A program made the position numbers and the translations under genes. A stretch of DNA of 64,000 nt. Origin: the human T2T-CHM13v2.0 reference genome, Homo sapiens. Where the stretch lies: the NCBI RefSeq assembly GCF_009914755.1, contig NC_060933.1; one strand, 5' to 3'. Shown here piece after piece: positions 43,600 to 57,200 of the stretch. Under the pieces are notes generated by a model. It was not told the origin of the DNA and searched no databases. It saw nothing but the letters and a program-made list of their open reading frames with translations. Position 1 is the first letter of the stretch. Each line of letters starts with the position of its first letter.

Positions 43600-46500
43600 G
43601 AGTGCAGGGGAATGGAATGGAATGGAATGCAATGGAATGGAGTCTTCCGCAATGGAATGGAATGGAATGGAATAGATTGGAATGGAATGGATTCAACTCG
43701 ATTGCAATGGAATGGAATGGATTGGAATGGAATGGAATGGAATGGAATTAACCCGAATAGAATGGAATGGAATGGAATGGAAAGGAAGGTAATGGAATGG
43801 AATGGAATGGAATCAACCCGAGTGCAGGGGAATGGAATGGAATGGAATGCAATGGAATGGAATCATCCGGAATGGAATGCAATGGAATGGAATGGAATGC
43901 AATGGAATGGAATCATCCGGAATGGAATGGAATGGAATGGAATGGAATGGAATGGAATGGAATGGAATCAACTCGATTCCAATGGAATGGAATGGAATAG
44001 AACGGAATGGAATTAACATGAATAGAATGGAATGGAATGGAATGGAACGGAATGGAATGGAATGGAATGGATTCAACTCGATTGCAATGGAATGAAATAG
44101 AATGGAATGGAATGGAATGGAATGGAATTAACCCGAATAGAATGGAATGGAATGGACTGGAATGGAATGGAACGGAATGTAATGGAATAGAATGGAATGG
44201 AATCAACCTGAGTGCAGGGGAATGGAATGCAATGGAATGCAATGGAATGGAATGGAATCATCAGAAATGGAATGGAATGGAATGGAATGGAATGGAATGG
44301 AATGGAATGGAATTGAATGGAATCAACTCGATTTCAATGGAATGGAATGGAATAGAATGGAATGGAATTAACACGAATAGAATGGATTGGAATGGAATGG
44401 AATGGAACGGAAAGGAATGGAATGGAATGGAATGGAATCAACCCAAGTGCAGGGGAATGGAATGGAATGGAATTCAGTGGAATGGAATCATCTGGAATGG
44501 AATGGAATGGAATGGAATGGAATGGAATGGAATGGAATCAACCCGAGTGCAATGGAATGGAGAGGAATGGAATGGAATGGAATGGAAACTACCCGAATGG
44601 AATGGAATGTAATGGAGTGTAAGGGAATTGAATAGAATCAATCGGAATGAAATGGAATGGAATGGAACGGAATGGAATGAAATGGAATGGAATGGAATGG
44701 AATGGAATGCAATGGAATGGAATCAACCCGAGTGCAATCGAATGGAATCGAATGGAATGGAATGCAATGGAATGGATTCAACTTGAATGGAATGGAAAGA
44801 ATGGAATCGACACGAGTGGAATGGCATGAATTGGAATGGAATGGAATGGAATGAACCCGAGTACAGGAGAATGGAATGGAATGGAATGGAATGCAAGGGA
44901 ATGGAATCATCCGTAATGGAATGGAAAGGAATGGAATGGAATGGAATGGAATGGAATGGAATCAACTCGATTGCAATCGAATGGAATGGAATGGAATTAA
45001 CCCGAATAGAATGGAATGGAATGGAATGGAACGGAACGGAATGGAATGGAATGGAATGGAATGGAACGGAAAGGAATGGAATGGAATGGAATGGAATGGA
45101 ATGGACTGGAATGGAATCAACGCGAGTGCAGGGGAATGGAATGGAATGGAATGCAATGAAATGGTATGTTCCGGAATGGAATGGAATGGAATGGAATGGA
45201 ATGGAATGGAATGGAATGGAATGGAATGCAATGGAATGGAATCAACCCGAGTGCCATCGAATGGAATCGAATGGAATGGAATGCAATGGAATGGATTCAA
45301 CTTGAATGGAATGGAAAGAATGGAAACAACACGAGTGGAATGGCATGAATTGGAATGGAATGGAATGGAATCAACCCGATTACAGGGGAATGGAATGGAA
45401 TGGAATGGAATGCAATGGAATGGAATTTTCTGTAATGAAATGGAAAGGAATGGAATGGAATGGAATGGAATGGAATCGAATGGAATCAACTAGATTGCAA
45501 TCGAATGGAATGGAATGGAATTAACCCGAATAGAATGGAATGGAATGGAATGGAACGGAACGGAATGGAATGGAATGGAATGGAACGGAACGGAATGGAA
45601 TGGAAAGGAATGGAATGGAATGGAATGGACTGGAATGGAATCAACGCGAGTGCAGTGGAATGGAATGGAATGGAATGCAATGGAATGGTATGTTCCGGAA
45701 TGGAATGGAATGGAATGGAATGGAATGGAATGGAATGGAATGCAATGCATTCAACTCGATTGCAATGGAATGGAATAGAATGGAATGGAATGGAATGGAA
45801 AGGAATGGAATCAACCCGAATAGAATGGAATGGAATGGAATGGAACGGAACGGAATGGAACGGAACGGAATGGATTGGAATGCAATGGAATGGAATGGAA
45901 TGGTATGGAATGGAATGGAATGGTACGGAATAGAATGGAATGGAACGAATTGGAATGGAATGGAATCGAATGGAATGGAATGGAATCAACCCGAGTGCAG
46001 GGGAATGTAATGGAACGGAATGCAATGGAATGGAATCATCCGGAATGGAATGGAATGGAATGGAATGGAATCAACCCGAGTGCAATGGAATGGAGTGGAA
46101 TGGAATGGAATGGAATGTAAACAACCCGAATGGAATGGAATATAATGGAGTGTAAGGGAATTGAATGGAATCAATCCGAATGTAATGGAATGGAATGGAA
46201 AGGAATGGAATGGAATGGAATGGAATGGAATGGAATGGAATGGAATGGAATCAACCCGAGTATAATGGAATGGAATCGAAAGGAATGGAAAGGAATGGAA
46301 TGGATTCAACTCGATTGCAATGGAATGGAATAGAATGGAATGGAATGGAATGGAATGGAATGGAATGGAATTAACCCGAATAGAATGGAATGGAATGGAA
46401 TGGAACGCAACGGAACGGAATGGAATGGAATGGAATGGAATGGAATGGAATGGTGCGGAATAGAATGGAATGGAACGAATTGGAATGGAATGGAATGGAA

Positions 46501-49500
46501 TGGAATGGAATGCAATGGAATGGAATCAACCCGAGTGCAGTGGAATGTAATGGAAAGGAATGCAATGGAATGGAATCATCCGCAATGGAATGGAATGGAA
46601 TGGAATGGAATGGAATGGAATGGAATCAACCCGATTGCAATGGAATGGAGTGGAATGGAATGGAATGGAATGTAAACAACCCGAATGGAATGGAATATAA
46701 TGGAGTGTAAGGGAATTGAATGGAATCAATCCGAATGCAATGGAAAGGAATGGAAAGGAATGGAATTGAATGGAATGGAACGGAATGGAATCAACCCGAG
46801 TGTAATGGAATGGAATCGAAAGGAATGGAAAGGAATGGAATGGATTCAACACCAATGTAATGGAAAGGAATGGAATCAACCCGAGTGGAATGGCATGGAA
46901 TGGAATGGAAAGGAATGAAATGGAATGGTACAGAACGGAATGGATTGGAACGAAATGGAATGGAATGGAATGGAATGGAATGGAATCAACTCGATTGCAA
47001 TGGAATGGAATGGAATGGAATGGAATAGAATGGAAGGGAATTAACCCAAATAGATTGGAATGGAATGGAATGGAATCAACCCGAGTACAGGGGAATGGAA
47101 TGGAATGGAATGCAATGGAATGGAATCATCCGTAAAGGAATGGAAAGGAATGGAATGGAATCAACTCGATTGCAATAGAATGGAATGGAATGGAATTAAC
47201 CCGAATAGAATGGAATGGAATGAAATGGAATGGAACGGAACGGAATGGAATAGAATGGAATGGAATGGAATGGAACGGAAAGGAACGGAATGAAATGGAA
47301 TGGAATGGAATGGAATGGAATCAGCGCGAGTGCAGGGGAATGGAATGGAATGGAATGCAATGGAATGGAATCTTCCGCAATGGAATGGAATGGAATGGAA
47401 TGGAATGGATTCCACTCGATTGCAATGGAATGGAATGGATTGGAATGGAATGGGATGGAATGGAATTAACCCGAATAGAATGGAATGGAATGGAATGGAA
47501 AGGAAAGTAATGGAATGGAATGGAATGGAATCAACACGAGTACAGGGGAATGGAATGGAATGGAATGCAATTGAATGGAATCATCCGGAATGGAATGCAA
47601 TGGAATGGAATGGAATGCAATGGAATGGAATCATCCGGAATGGAATGGAATGGAATGGAATGGAATGGAATGGAATGGAATGGAATGGAATGGAAAGGAA
47701 TCAACTCGATTCCAATGGAATGGAATGGAATAGAACGGAATGGAATTAACATGAATAGAATGGAATGGAATGGAATGGAACGGAATGGAACGGAATGGAA
47801 TGGATTCAACTCGATTGCAATGGAATGAAATAGAATGGAATGGAATGGAATGGAATGGAATTAACCCGAATAGAATGGAATGGAATGGATTGGAATGGAA
47901 TGGAACGGAATGTAATGGAATAGAATGGAATGGAATCAACCTGAGTGCAGGGGAATGGAATGGAATGGAATGCAATGGAATGGAATCATCAGAAATGGAA
48001 TGGAATGGAATGGAATGGAATGGAATGGAATGGAATGGAATTGAATGGAATCAACTCGTTTTCAATGGAATGGAATGGAATAGAATGGAATGGAATTAAC
48101 ACGAATAGAATGCATTGGAATGGAATGGAATGGAACGGAAAGGAATGGAATGGAATGGAATGGAATGGAATCAACCCAAGTGCAGGGGAATGGAATGGAA
48201 TGGAATTCAGTGGAATGGAATCATCTGGAATGGAATGGAATGGAGTGGAATGGAATGGAATCAACCCGAGTGCAATGGAATGGAGAGGAATGGAATGGAA
48301 TGGAATGGAAACTACCCGAATGGAATGGAATGTAATGGAGTGTAAGGGAATTGAATAGAATAAATCCGAATGAAATGGAATGGAATGGAACGGAATGGAA
48401 TGAAATGGAATGGAATGGAATGGAATGGAATGCAATGGAATGGAATCAACCCGAGTGCAATCGAATGGAATCGAATGGAATGGAATGCAATGGAATGGAT
48501 TCAACTTGAATGGAATGGAAAGAATAGAAGGAACACGAGTGGAATGGCATGAATTGGAATGGAATGGAATGGAATCAACCCGAGTACAGGGGAATGGAAT
48601 GGAATGGAATGGAATGCAATGGAATGGAATCATCCGTAATGGAATGGAAAGGAATGGAATGGAATGGAATGGAATGGAATGGAATCAACTAGATTGCAAT
48701 CGAATGGAATGGAATGGAATTAACCCGAATAGAATGGAATAGAATGGAATGGAACGGAACGGAATGGAATGGAACGGCATGGAACGGAACGGAATGGAAT
48801 GGAATGGAATGCAATGGAATGGACTGGAATGGAATCAACGCGAGTGCAGGGGAATGGAATGGAATGGAATGCAATGGAATGGTATGTTCCGGAATGGAAT
48901 GGAATGGAATGGAATGGAATGGAATGGAATGGAATGCAATGGATTCAACTCGATTGCAATGGAATGGAATAGAATGGAATGGAATGGAATGGAATGGAAT
49001 CAACCCGAATAGAATGGAATTGGATGGAATGGAACGGAACGGAACGGAACGGAACTGAATGGAATGGAATGCAATGGAATGGAATGCAATGGTATGGAAT
49101 GGAATGGAATGGTACGGAATAGAATGGAATGGAACGAAATGGAATGGAATGGAATCGAATGGAATGGAATGGAATCAACCCGAGTGCAGGGGAATGTAAT
49201 GGAACGGAATGCAATGGAATGGAATCATCCGGAATGGAATGGAATGGAATGGAATGGAATCAACCCGAGTGCAATGGAATGGAGTGGAATGGAATGGAAT
49301 GGAATGTAAACAACCCGAATGGAATGGAATATACTGGAGTGTAAGGGAATTGAATGGAATCAAACCGAATGTAAGGGAATGGAATGGAAAGGAATGGAAT
49401 GGAATGGAATGGAATGGAATGGAATGGAATCAACCCGAGTGTAATGGAATGGAATCGAAAGTAAAGGAAAGGAATGGAATAGATTCAACTCGATTGCAAT

Positions 49501-49800
49501 GGAATGGAATAGAATGGAATGGAATGGAATGGAATGGAATTAACCCGAATAAAATGGAATGGAATGGAACGCAACGGAAAGGAATGGAATGGAATGGAAT
49601 GGAATGGAATGGAATGGTATGGAATCGAATGGAATGGTGCGGAATAGAATGGAATGGAACGAATTGGAATGGAATGGAATCGAATGGAATGGAATGGAAT
49701 GGAATGGAATCAACCAGAGTACAGTGGTATGTAATGGAACAGAATGCAATGGAATGGAATCATCCGCAATGGAATGGAATGGAATGGAATGGAATGGAAT
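43600..49800 (+). repeat. Diverged tandem pair with a ~3.7-kb then ~3.2-kb offset
   Basis: ORF offsets 44037/47770 (3733), 44647/48370 (3723) and 45940/49129 (3189). Shared variants TTAACATGAATAG, CATCAGAAAT, CATCTGG, GGCATGAATTGG and GGTATGTTCCGG. Confidence 0.8.
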
Positions 49801-49889
49801 GGAATGGAATGGAATGAACTCGATTGCAATGGAATGGAATGGAATGGAATGGAATAGAATGGAATGGAATTAACCCGGATAGATTGGAA

Positions 49890-52800
49890 TGGAATGGAAT
49901 GGAATCAACCCGAGTGCAGGGGAATGGAATGGAATGGAATGCAAAGGAATGGAATCATCCAGAATGGAATGCAATGGAATAGAATGGAATGCAATGGAAT
50001 GGAGTCAACCCGAGTACAATGGAATGGAGTGGAATGGAATGGAATGGAATGGAATGGAATGGAATGGAATGATACGGAATAGAATGGAATGGAACGAAAT
50101 GGAATGGAATGGAATGGAATGGAATGGAATGGAATCGTTCCGAGTGGAATAGGAGGGAATGTATTCGAGTGGAATGGAAACGAATGGAATCAACCAGAGT
50201 GGAATGGAAGGGAATGGAATGGAATGGAAACTAATAGAATGGAATCAACCCGAGTGGAATGGAATGGAAAGGACTGGAATGGAAAGGAATGGAATGGAAT
50301 CAACTTGATTCCATTGGAATGGAATGGAATAGAACGGAATGGAATTAACACGAATAGAATGGAATGGAATGGAAAGGAATGGAACGGAATGGAATGGAAT
50401 GGAATGGATTCAACTCGATTGAACGGAATGAAATAGAATGGAATGGAATGGAATGGAATGGAATTAACCCGAATAGAATGGAATGGAATGGAATGGAATG
50501 GAATGGAATGGAATAGAATGGAATGGAATCAACCTGAGTGCAGGGGAATGGAATGGAATGGAATGCAATGGAATGGAATCATCAGGAATGGAATGGAATG
50601 GAATGGAATGGAATGGAATGGAATGGAATGGAATTGAATCAACTCGATTTCAATGGAATGGAATGGAATAGAATGGAATGGAATTAACAGCAATATAATG
50701 GATTGGAATGGAATGGAATGGAACGGAAAGGAATGGAATGGAATGGAATGGAATCAACCCAAGTGCAGGGGAATGGAATGGAATGGAATTCAGTGGAATG
50801 CAATCATCCGGAATGGAATGGAATGGAATGGCATGGAATGGAATGGAATCAACCCGAGTTCAATGGAATGGAGAGGAAAGGATTGGAATGGAATGGAAAC
50901 TACCCGAATGGAATGGAATGTAATGGAGTGTATTTGAATTGAATAGAATCAATCCGAATGTAATGGAATGGAATGGAACAGAATGGAATGAAATGGAATG
51001 GAATGGAATGGAATGGAATGGAATGGAAAGCAATGGAATGGATTCAACCCGAGTGCAATCGAATGGAATCGAATGGAATGGAATGCAATGGAATGGATTC
51101 AACTTGAATGGAATGGAAAGAATGGAATCAACACGAGTGGAATGGCATGGATTGGAATGGAATGGAATGGAATCAACCCGATTACAGAGGAATGGAATGG
51201 AATGGAATGGAATGCAATGGAATGGAACGGAACGGAATGGAATGGAAAGGAATGGAATGGAATGGAATGGACTGGAATGGAATCAACGCGAGTGCAGTGG
51301 AATGGAATGGAACGGAATGCAATGGAATGGAATCATCCGGAATGGAATGGAATTGAATGGAAGCAACCCGAGTGCAATGGAATGGAGTGGAATGGAATGG
51401 AATGGAATGGAACAACCCGAATGGAATGGAATGTAATGGAGAGTAAGGGAGTTGAATAGAATCAATCCGAATGTAATGGAATGGAATGGAACGGAATGGA
51501 ATGCAATGGAATGGAATGGAATGGAATGCAATGGAATTGAATCAACCCGAGTGCAATGGAATGGAATGGAATGGAATGGAATGGAAAGGAATGGAATGGA
51601 ATGCAATGGAATGGAATCAACCCGCGTACAATGGAAAGGAATGGAATGGAATGGAATGGAAAGGAATGGAATGCAATGCAATGGATTCAACTCGATTGCA
51701 ATGGAATGGAATAGAATGGAATGGAATGGAATGGAATGGAATGGAATTAACCCAAATAGTATGGAATGGAATGGAATGGAAAGCAATGGAATGGAATGGA
51801 ATGGAATGGAATGGAATGGAATGGAATGGAATGGAATGGTATGGAATGGAATGGAATGGAATGGTACGGAATAGAATGGAATGGAAAGAACTGGAATGCA
51901 ATGGAATCGAATGGAATGGAATGCAATGGAATAGAATCAACCCGAGTGCAGGGGAATGAAATGGAATGGAATGCAATGGAATGGAATCATCCGAAATGGA
52001 ATGGAATGGAATGGAATGGAATGGAATGGAATCAACCCGAGTGCAATGGAATGGAGTGGAATGGAATGGAATGGAATGGAACAACCCGAATGGAATGGAA
52101 TGTATTGGAGAGTAAGGGAGTTGAATAGAATCAATCCGAATGTAATGGAATGGAATGGAACGGAATGGAATGGAATGCAATGGAATGGAATGGAATGGAA
52201 TGGAATGGAAAGGAACTGAATGGAATGGAATGACTTCAAACCGAATGGAATGGAATGGAATGGAATGGTACGGAATAGAATGGAATGGAATGAAATGGAA
52301 TGGAATGGAATGGAATGGAATGGAATGGAATGGAATGGAATGGAATCGTTCCGAGTGGAATAGGAGGGAATGTATTCGAGTGGAATGGAAAGGAATTGAA
52401 TCAACCAGAGTGGAATGGAAGGGAATGGAATGGAATGGAAACTAATAGAGTGGAATCAACCCGAGTGGAATGGAATGGAAAGGACTGAATGGAATGGAAT
52501 GGAATGGAATGGAATGGAATGGAAAGGAATTGAATGGAATGGAATGACTTCAAACCGAATGGAATGGAAAGGAATGGAATCAACACGAGTGGAATGGAAT
52601 GGAATGGAATGGAGTGGAATCGTACGGAATAGAATGGAATGGAACGAAATGCAATGGAATGGAATGGAATGGAATGGAAAGGAATGGAATCGTTCCGAGT
52701 GGAATAGGAGGGAATGTATTCGAGTGGAATGGAATGGAATGGAATCAACCAGCGTGGAATAGAAGGGAATGGAATGGAATGGAAACTAATAGAATGGAAT

Positions 52801-54240
52801 CAACCCGAGTGGAATGGAATGGAAAGGACTGAATGGAATGGAATGGAATGGAATGGAATGGAATGGAATCAACTCGATTGTAATGGAATGGAATGTTATG
52901 GAATGGAATGGAATGGAATGGAATTAACCCGAATACAATGGAATGGAATGGAATGGAACGGAATGGAGTGGAATGGAATGGAATCAACCCGAGAGCAGGG
53001 GAATGGAAAGGAATGGAATGCAATGGAAAGGAATCATCCGGAATGGAATGGAAAGGAATAAAATGGAATCAACCCGAGTGGAATGGAATGGAAAGGACTG
53101 GAATGGAGTGCAATGAAATGGAATGGAATGGAATGGAATGGAATGGAATGGAATTAACCCGAATAGAATGGAATGGAATGGAATGGAACGGAATGGAATG
53201 GAATGGAATGGAATGGAATGGAATCAACCCGACTGCAGGGGAATGGAATGGAATGGAATGCAATGGAATGGAATCATCCGGAACGGAATGGAATGGAATG
53301 GAATGGAATCAACTCGATTGCAATGGAATGGAATGGAATGGAATGGAATTAACCCGAATAGAATGGAATGGAATGGAATGGAATGGAAAGGAATGGAAGG
53401 GAATGGAATGGAATGTAATCAACCCGAGTGCAGGGGAATGGAATGGAATGGAATGCAATGGAATGGAATCACCCGGAATGGAATGGAATGGAATGGAATG
53501 CAATCAACCCGATGCAATGGAATGGAGTGGAATGGAATGGAATGGAATGGAATGGAATCAACTCGATTGCAATCGAATGGAATAGAATGGAATGGAATCA
53601 ACTCGATTGCAATCGAATGGAATGGAATGGAATTAACCCGAATAGAATGGAATGGAATGGAATGGAACGGAACGGAACGGAACGGAATGGAATGGAATGT
53701 AATGGAATGGAATGGAACGGAACGGAGCGGAACGGAACGGAATGGAATGGAATGGAATGGAATGGAATGGAATGGAATCATCCGTAATGGAATGGAAAGG
53801 AATGGAATGGAATGGAATGGAATCAACTCGATTGCAATCGAATGGAATGGAATGGAATTAACCCGAATAGAATGCAATGGAATGGAGTGGAACGGAACGG
53901 AACGGAACGGAATGGAATGGAATGAAATGGAATGGAATGGAACGGAACGGATCAGAACGGAACGGAACGGAATGGAATGGAATGGAATGGAATGAAATGG
54001 AATGGAATGGAATGGAATGGAATCAACGCGAGTGCAGGGTAATGGAATGGAATGGAATGCAATGGAATGGAATCTTCCGGAATGGAATGGAATGGAATGG
54101 AATGGAATGCAATGGATTCAACTCGATTGCAATGGAATTCAATAGAATGGAATGGAATGGAATGGAATGGAATTAAACCGAATAGAATGGAATGGAATGG
54201 AATGGAACGGAACGGAACGGAATGGAATGGAATGGAATGG
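49890..54240 (+). repeat. ~4.4-kb block, copy 2, about 120 bp shorter near 53760
   Basis: Same markers as 37000-41460. The offset drops from 12892 to 12772 at TCATCCGTAA (41006/53778), and the 330-aa ORF becomes 290 aa. Confidence 0.9.
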
Positions 54241-57200
54241 AATGGAATGGAATGGAATTGTATGGAATGGAATGCAATTGTACGGAATAGAATGGATTGG
54301 AAATTATTAGAAAGGAATGGAATCGAATGGAATGGAATGGAATGGAATGGAATCAACCTGAGTACAGGGGAATGTAATGGAACGGAATGCAATGGAATGG
54401 AATCATCCGGAATGGAACGGAATGGAATGGAATGGAATGGAATGCAATGAAATGGAATCAACCCGAGTACAATGGAATGGAATGGAATGGAATGGAATGG
54501 AATGGAATGGAATGGAATGGAATGGAATGGAATCAACCCGAGTGCGATGGAATGGAGAGGAATGGAATGGAATGGAATGGAAACTACCCGAATATAATGG
54601 AATGTAATGGAGTGTAAGGGAATTGAATAGAATCAATCCGAATGGAATGGAATGGAATGGAACGGAAAGGAATGGAAGGGAATGGAATGGAATCAACCCG
54701 AGTGCAGGGTAATGGAATGGAATGGAATGCAATGGAATGGAATCATCGGAAATGGAATGGAATGGAATGGAATGGAATGGAATGGAATGGAATGGTACGG
54801 AATAGAATGGAATGGAACGAAATGGAATGGAATGGAATGGAATGGAATGGAATGAAATGGAATGGAATGGAATCAACTCGATTGCAATCGAATGGAATGG
54901 AATGGAATTAACCCGAATAGAATGGAATGGAAGGGAATGGAACGGAACGGAATAGAATGGAATGGAATGGAATGGAATGGAACGGAAAGGAATGGAATGG
55001 AATGGAATGGAATGGAATGGAATGGAATGGAATGGAATCAACGCGAGTGCAGGGGAATGGAATGGAATCAAATGGAATGGAATGGAATCAACCGGAGTGC
55101 AGGGGAATGTAATGGAACGGAATGCAATGGAATGGAAACATCCGGAATGGAATGGAATGGAATGGAATGGAATGGAATGGATTGGAATGGAGTGGAACAA
55201 CACGAATGGAATGGAATGTAATGGAGAGTAAGGGAGTTGAATAGAATCAATCCGAATATAATGGAATGGAATGGAACGGAATGGAATGGAATGGAATGGA
55301 ATGGAATGGAATGGAATGGAATGGAATCAACCCGAGTACAATGGAATGGAATGGAATGGAATGGAATGGAATGGAATGGAATGGAATGGAATGGAAATGA
55401 ATGGAATGGAATCAAGCCAAGTGCAATGGAATGCAGAGGAATGGAATGGAAAGGAATGGAATGGAAAGCAATTGAATGGAATGGAATGACTTCAAACAGA
55501 ATGGAATGGAAAGGAATGGAATCAACACGAGTGGAACGGAATGGAATGGAATGGAGTGGTATGGAATGGAATGGAATGGAACAACCCGAATGGAATGGAA
55601 TGTAATGGAGAGTAAGGGAGTTGAATAGAATCAATCCGAATGTAATGGAATGGAATGCAACGAAATGGAATGGAATGGAATGCAATGGAATGGAATGCAA
55701 AGGAATGGAATCAACCGGAGTGGAATGGCATGGAATGGAATGCAATGGATTGGAATGGAATGGAATCAACTCGAGTGGAAAGGAATGGAATGGAATGGAA
55801 AGGAATGGAATGAAGTCAACTCGAGTGGAATGGAATGGAATGGAATGGATTGGAATGGATTGCAATGGAATGAAATGGAATGGAATGGAATGGAATCAAT
55901 CATTCCGAGTGGAATGGAAGGGAATGTAATGGAGTGGAAAGAAGGGAATGGAATCAACCCGAGTGGAATGCAAGGCAATGGAATGGAATGGAAAGGAATG
56001 GAATGGAATCAACTCGATTGCAATGGAATGGAATGGAATGGAATGGAATGGAATGGAATGGAATGGAATTAACCGGAATAGAATGGAATGGAATGGAATG
56101 GAACGGAATGGAATGGAATGGAAGGGAATGGAATCAACACGAGTGCAGGGGAATGGAATGGAATGGAATGCAATGGAATGGAATCATCCGGAATGGAAAG
56201 GAATGGAATGGAATCAACTCCATTGCAATGGAATGGAATGGAATGGAATGGAATAGAATGGAATGGAATTAACCCGAATAGAATGGAATGCAATAGAATG
56301 GAATGCAACGGAACCGAATGGAGTGGAATGGAATGGAATGGAATCAACCCGAGTAGAATGGAAAGGAATGGAATGGAATGGAAACTAATAGAATGGAATC
56401 AACCCGAGTGGAATGGAATGGAAAGGACTGGAATGGAAAGGAATGGAATGGAATGGAATGGAATGGAATGGAATCAACGCGAGTGCAGGGGAATGGAATG
56501 GAATCGAATAGAATGGAATGGAATGGAATGGAATCAACCCGAGTGCAATGGAATGGAGTGGAATGGAATGGAATGGAATGGAACAACCCGAATGGAATGG
56601 AATGTAATGGAGAGTAAGGGAGTTGAAAAGAATCAATCCGAATGTAATGGAATGGAATGTAACGGAATGGAATGGAATGGAATGGAATGGAATGGAATGC
56701 AATGGAATGGAATCAACCCGAGTACAATGGAATGGAATGGAATGGAATGGAATGGAATGGAATGCAATGGAATGGAATCTTCCGGAATGGAATGGAATGG
56801 AATGGAATGGAATGGAATGGAATGGAATGCAATGGATTCAACTCGATTGCAATGGAATGGAATAGAATGGAATGGAATGGAATGGAATGGAATTAAACCG
56901 AATAGAATGGAATGGAATGGAATGGAACGGAACGGAACGGAACGGAACGGAACGGAACGGAGTGGAATGGAATGGAATGGAATTGTATGGAATGGAATGG
57001 CATGGTACGGAAAAGAATGGAATGGAAAGAATTGGAATGGAATGGAATCGAATGGAATGGAATGGAATGGAATGGAATCAACCCGAGTGCAGGGGAATGT
57101 AATGGAACGGAATGCAATGGAATGGAATCATCCGGAATGGAATGGAATGGAATGGAATGGAATGGAATGGAATGGAATGGAATCAACCCGAGTGCAATGG

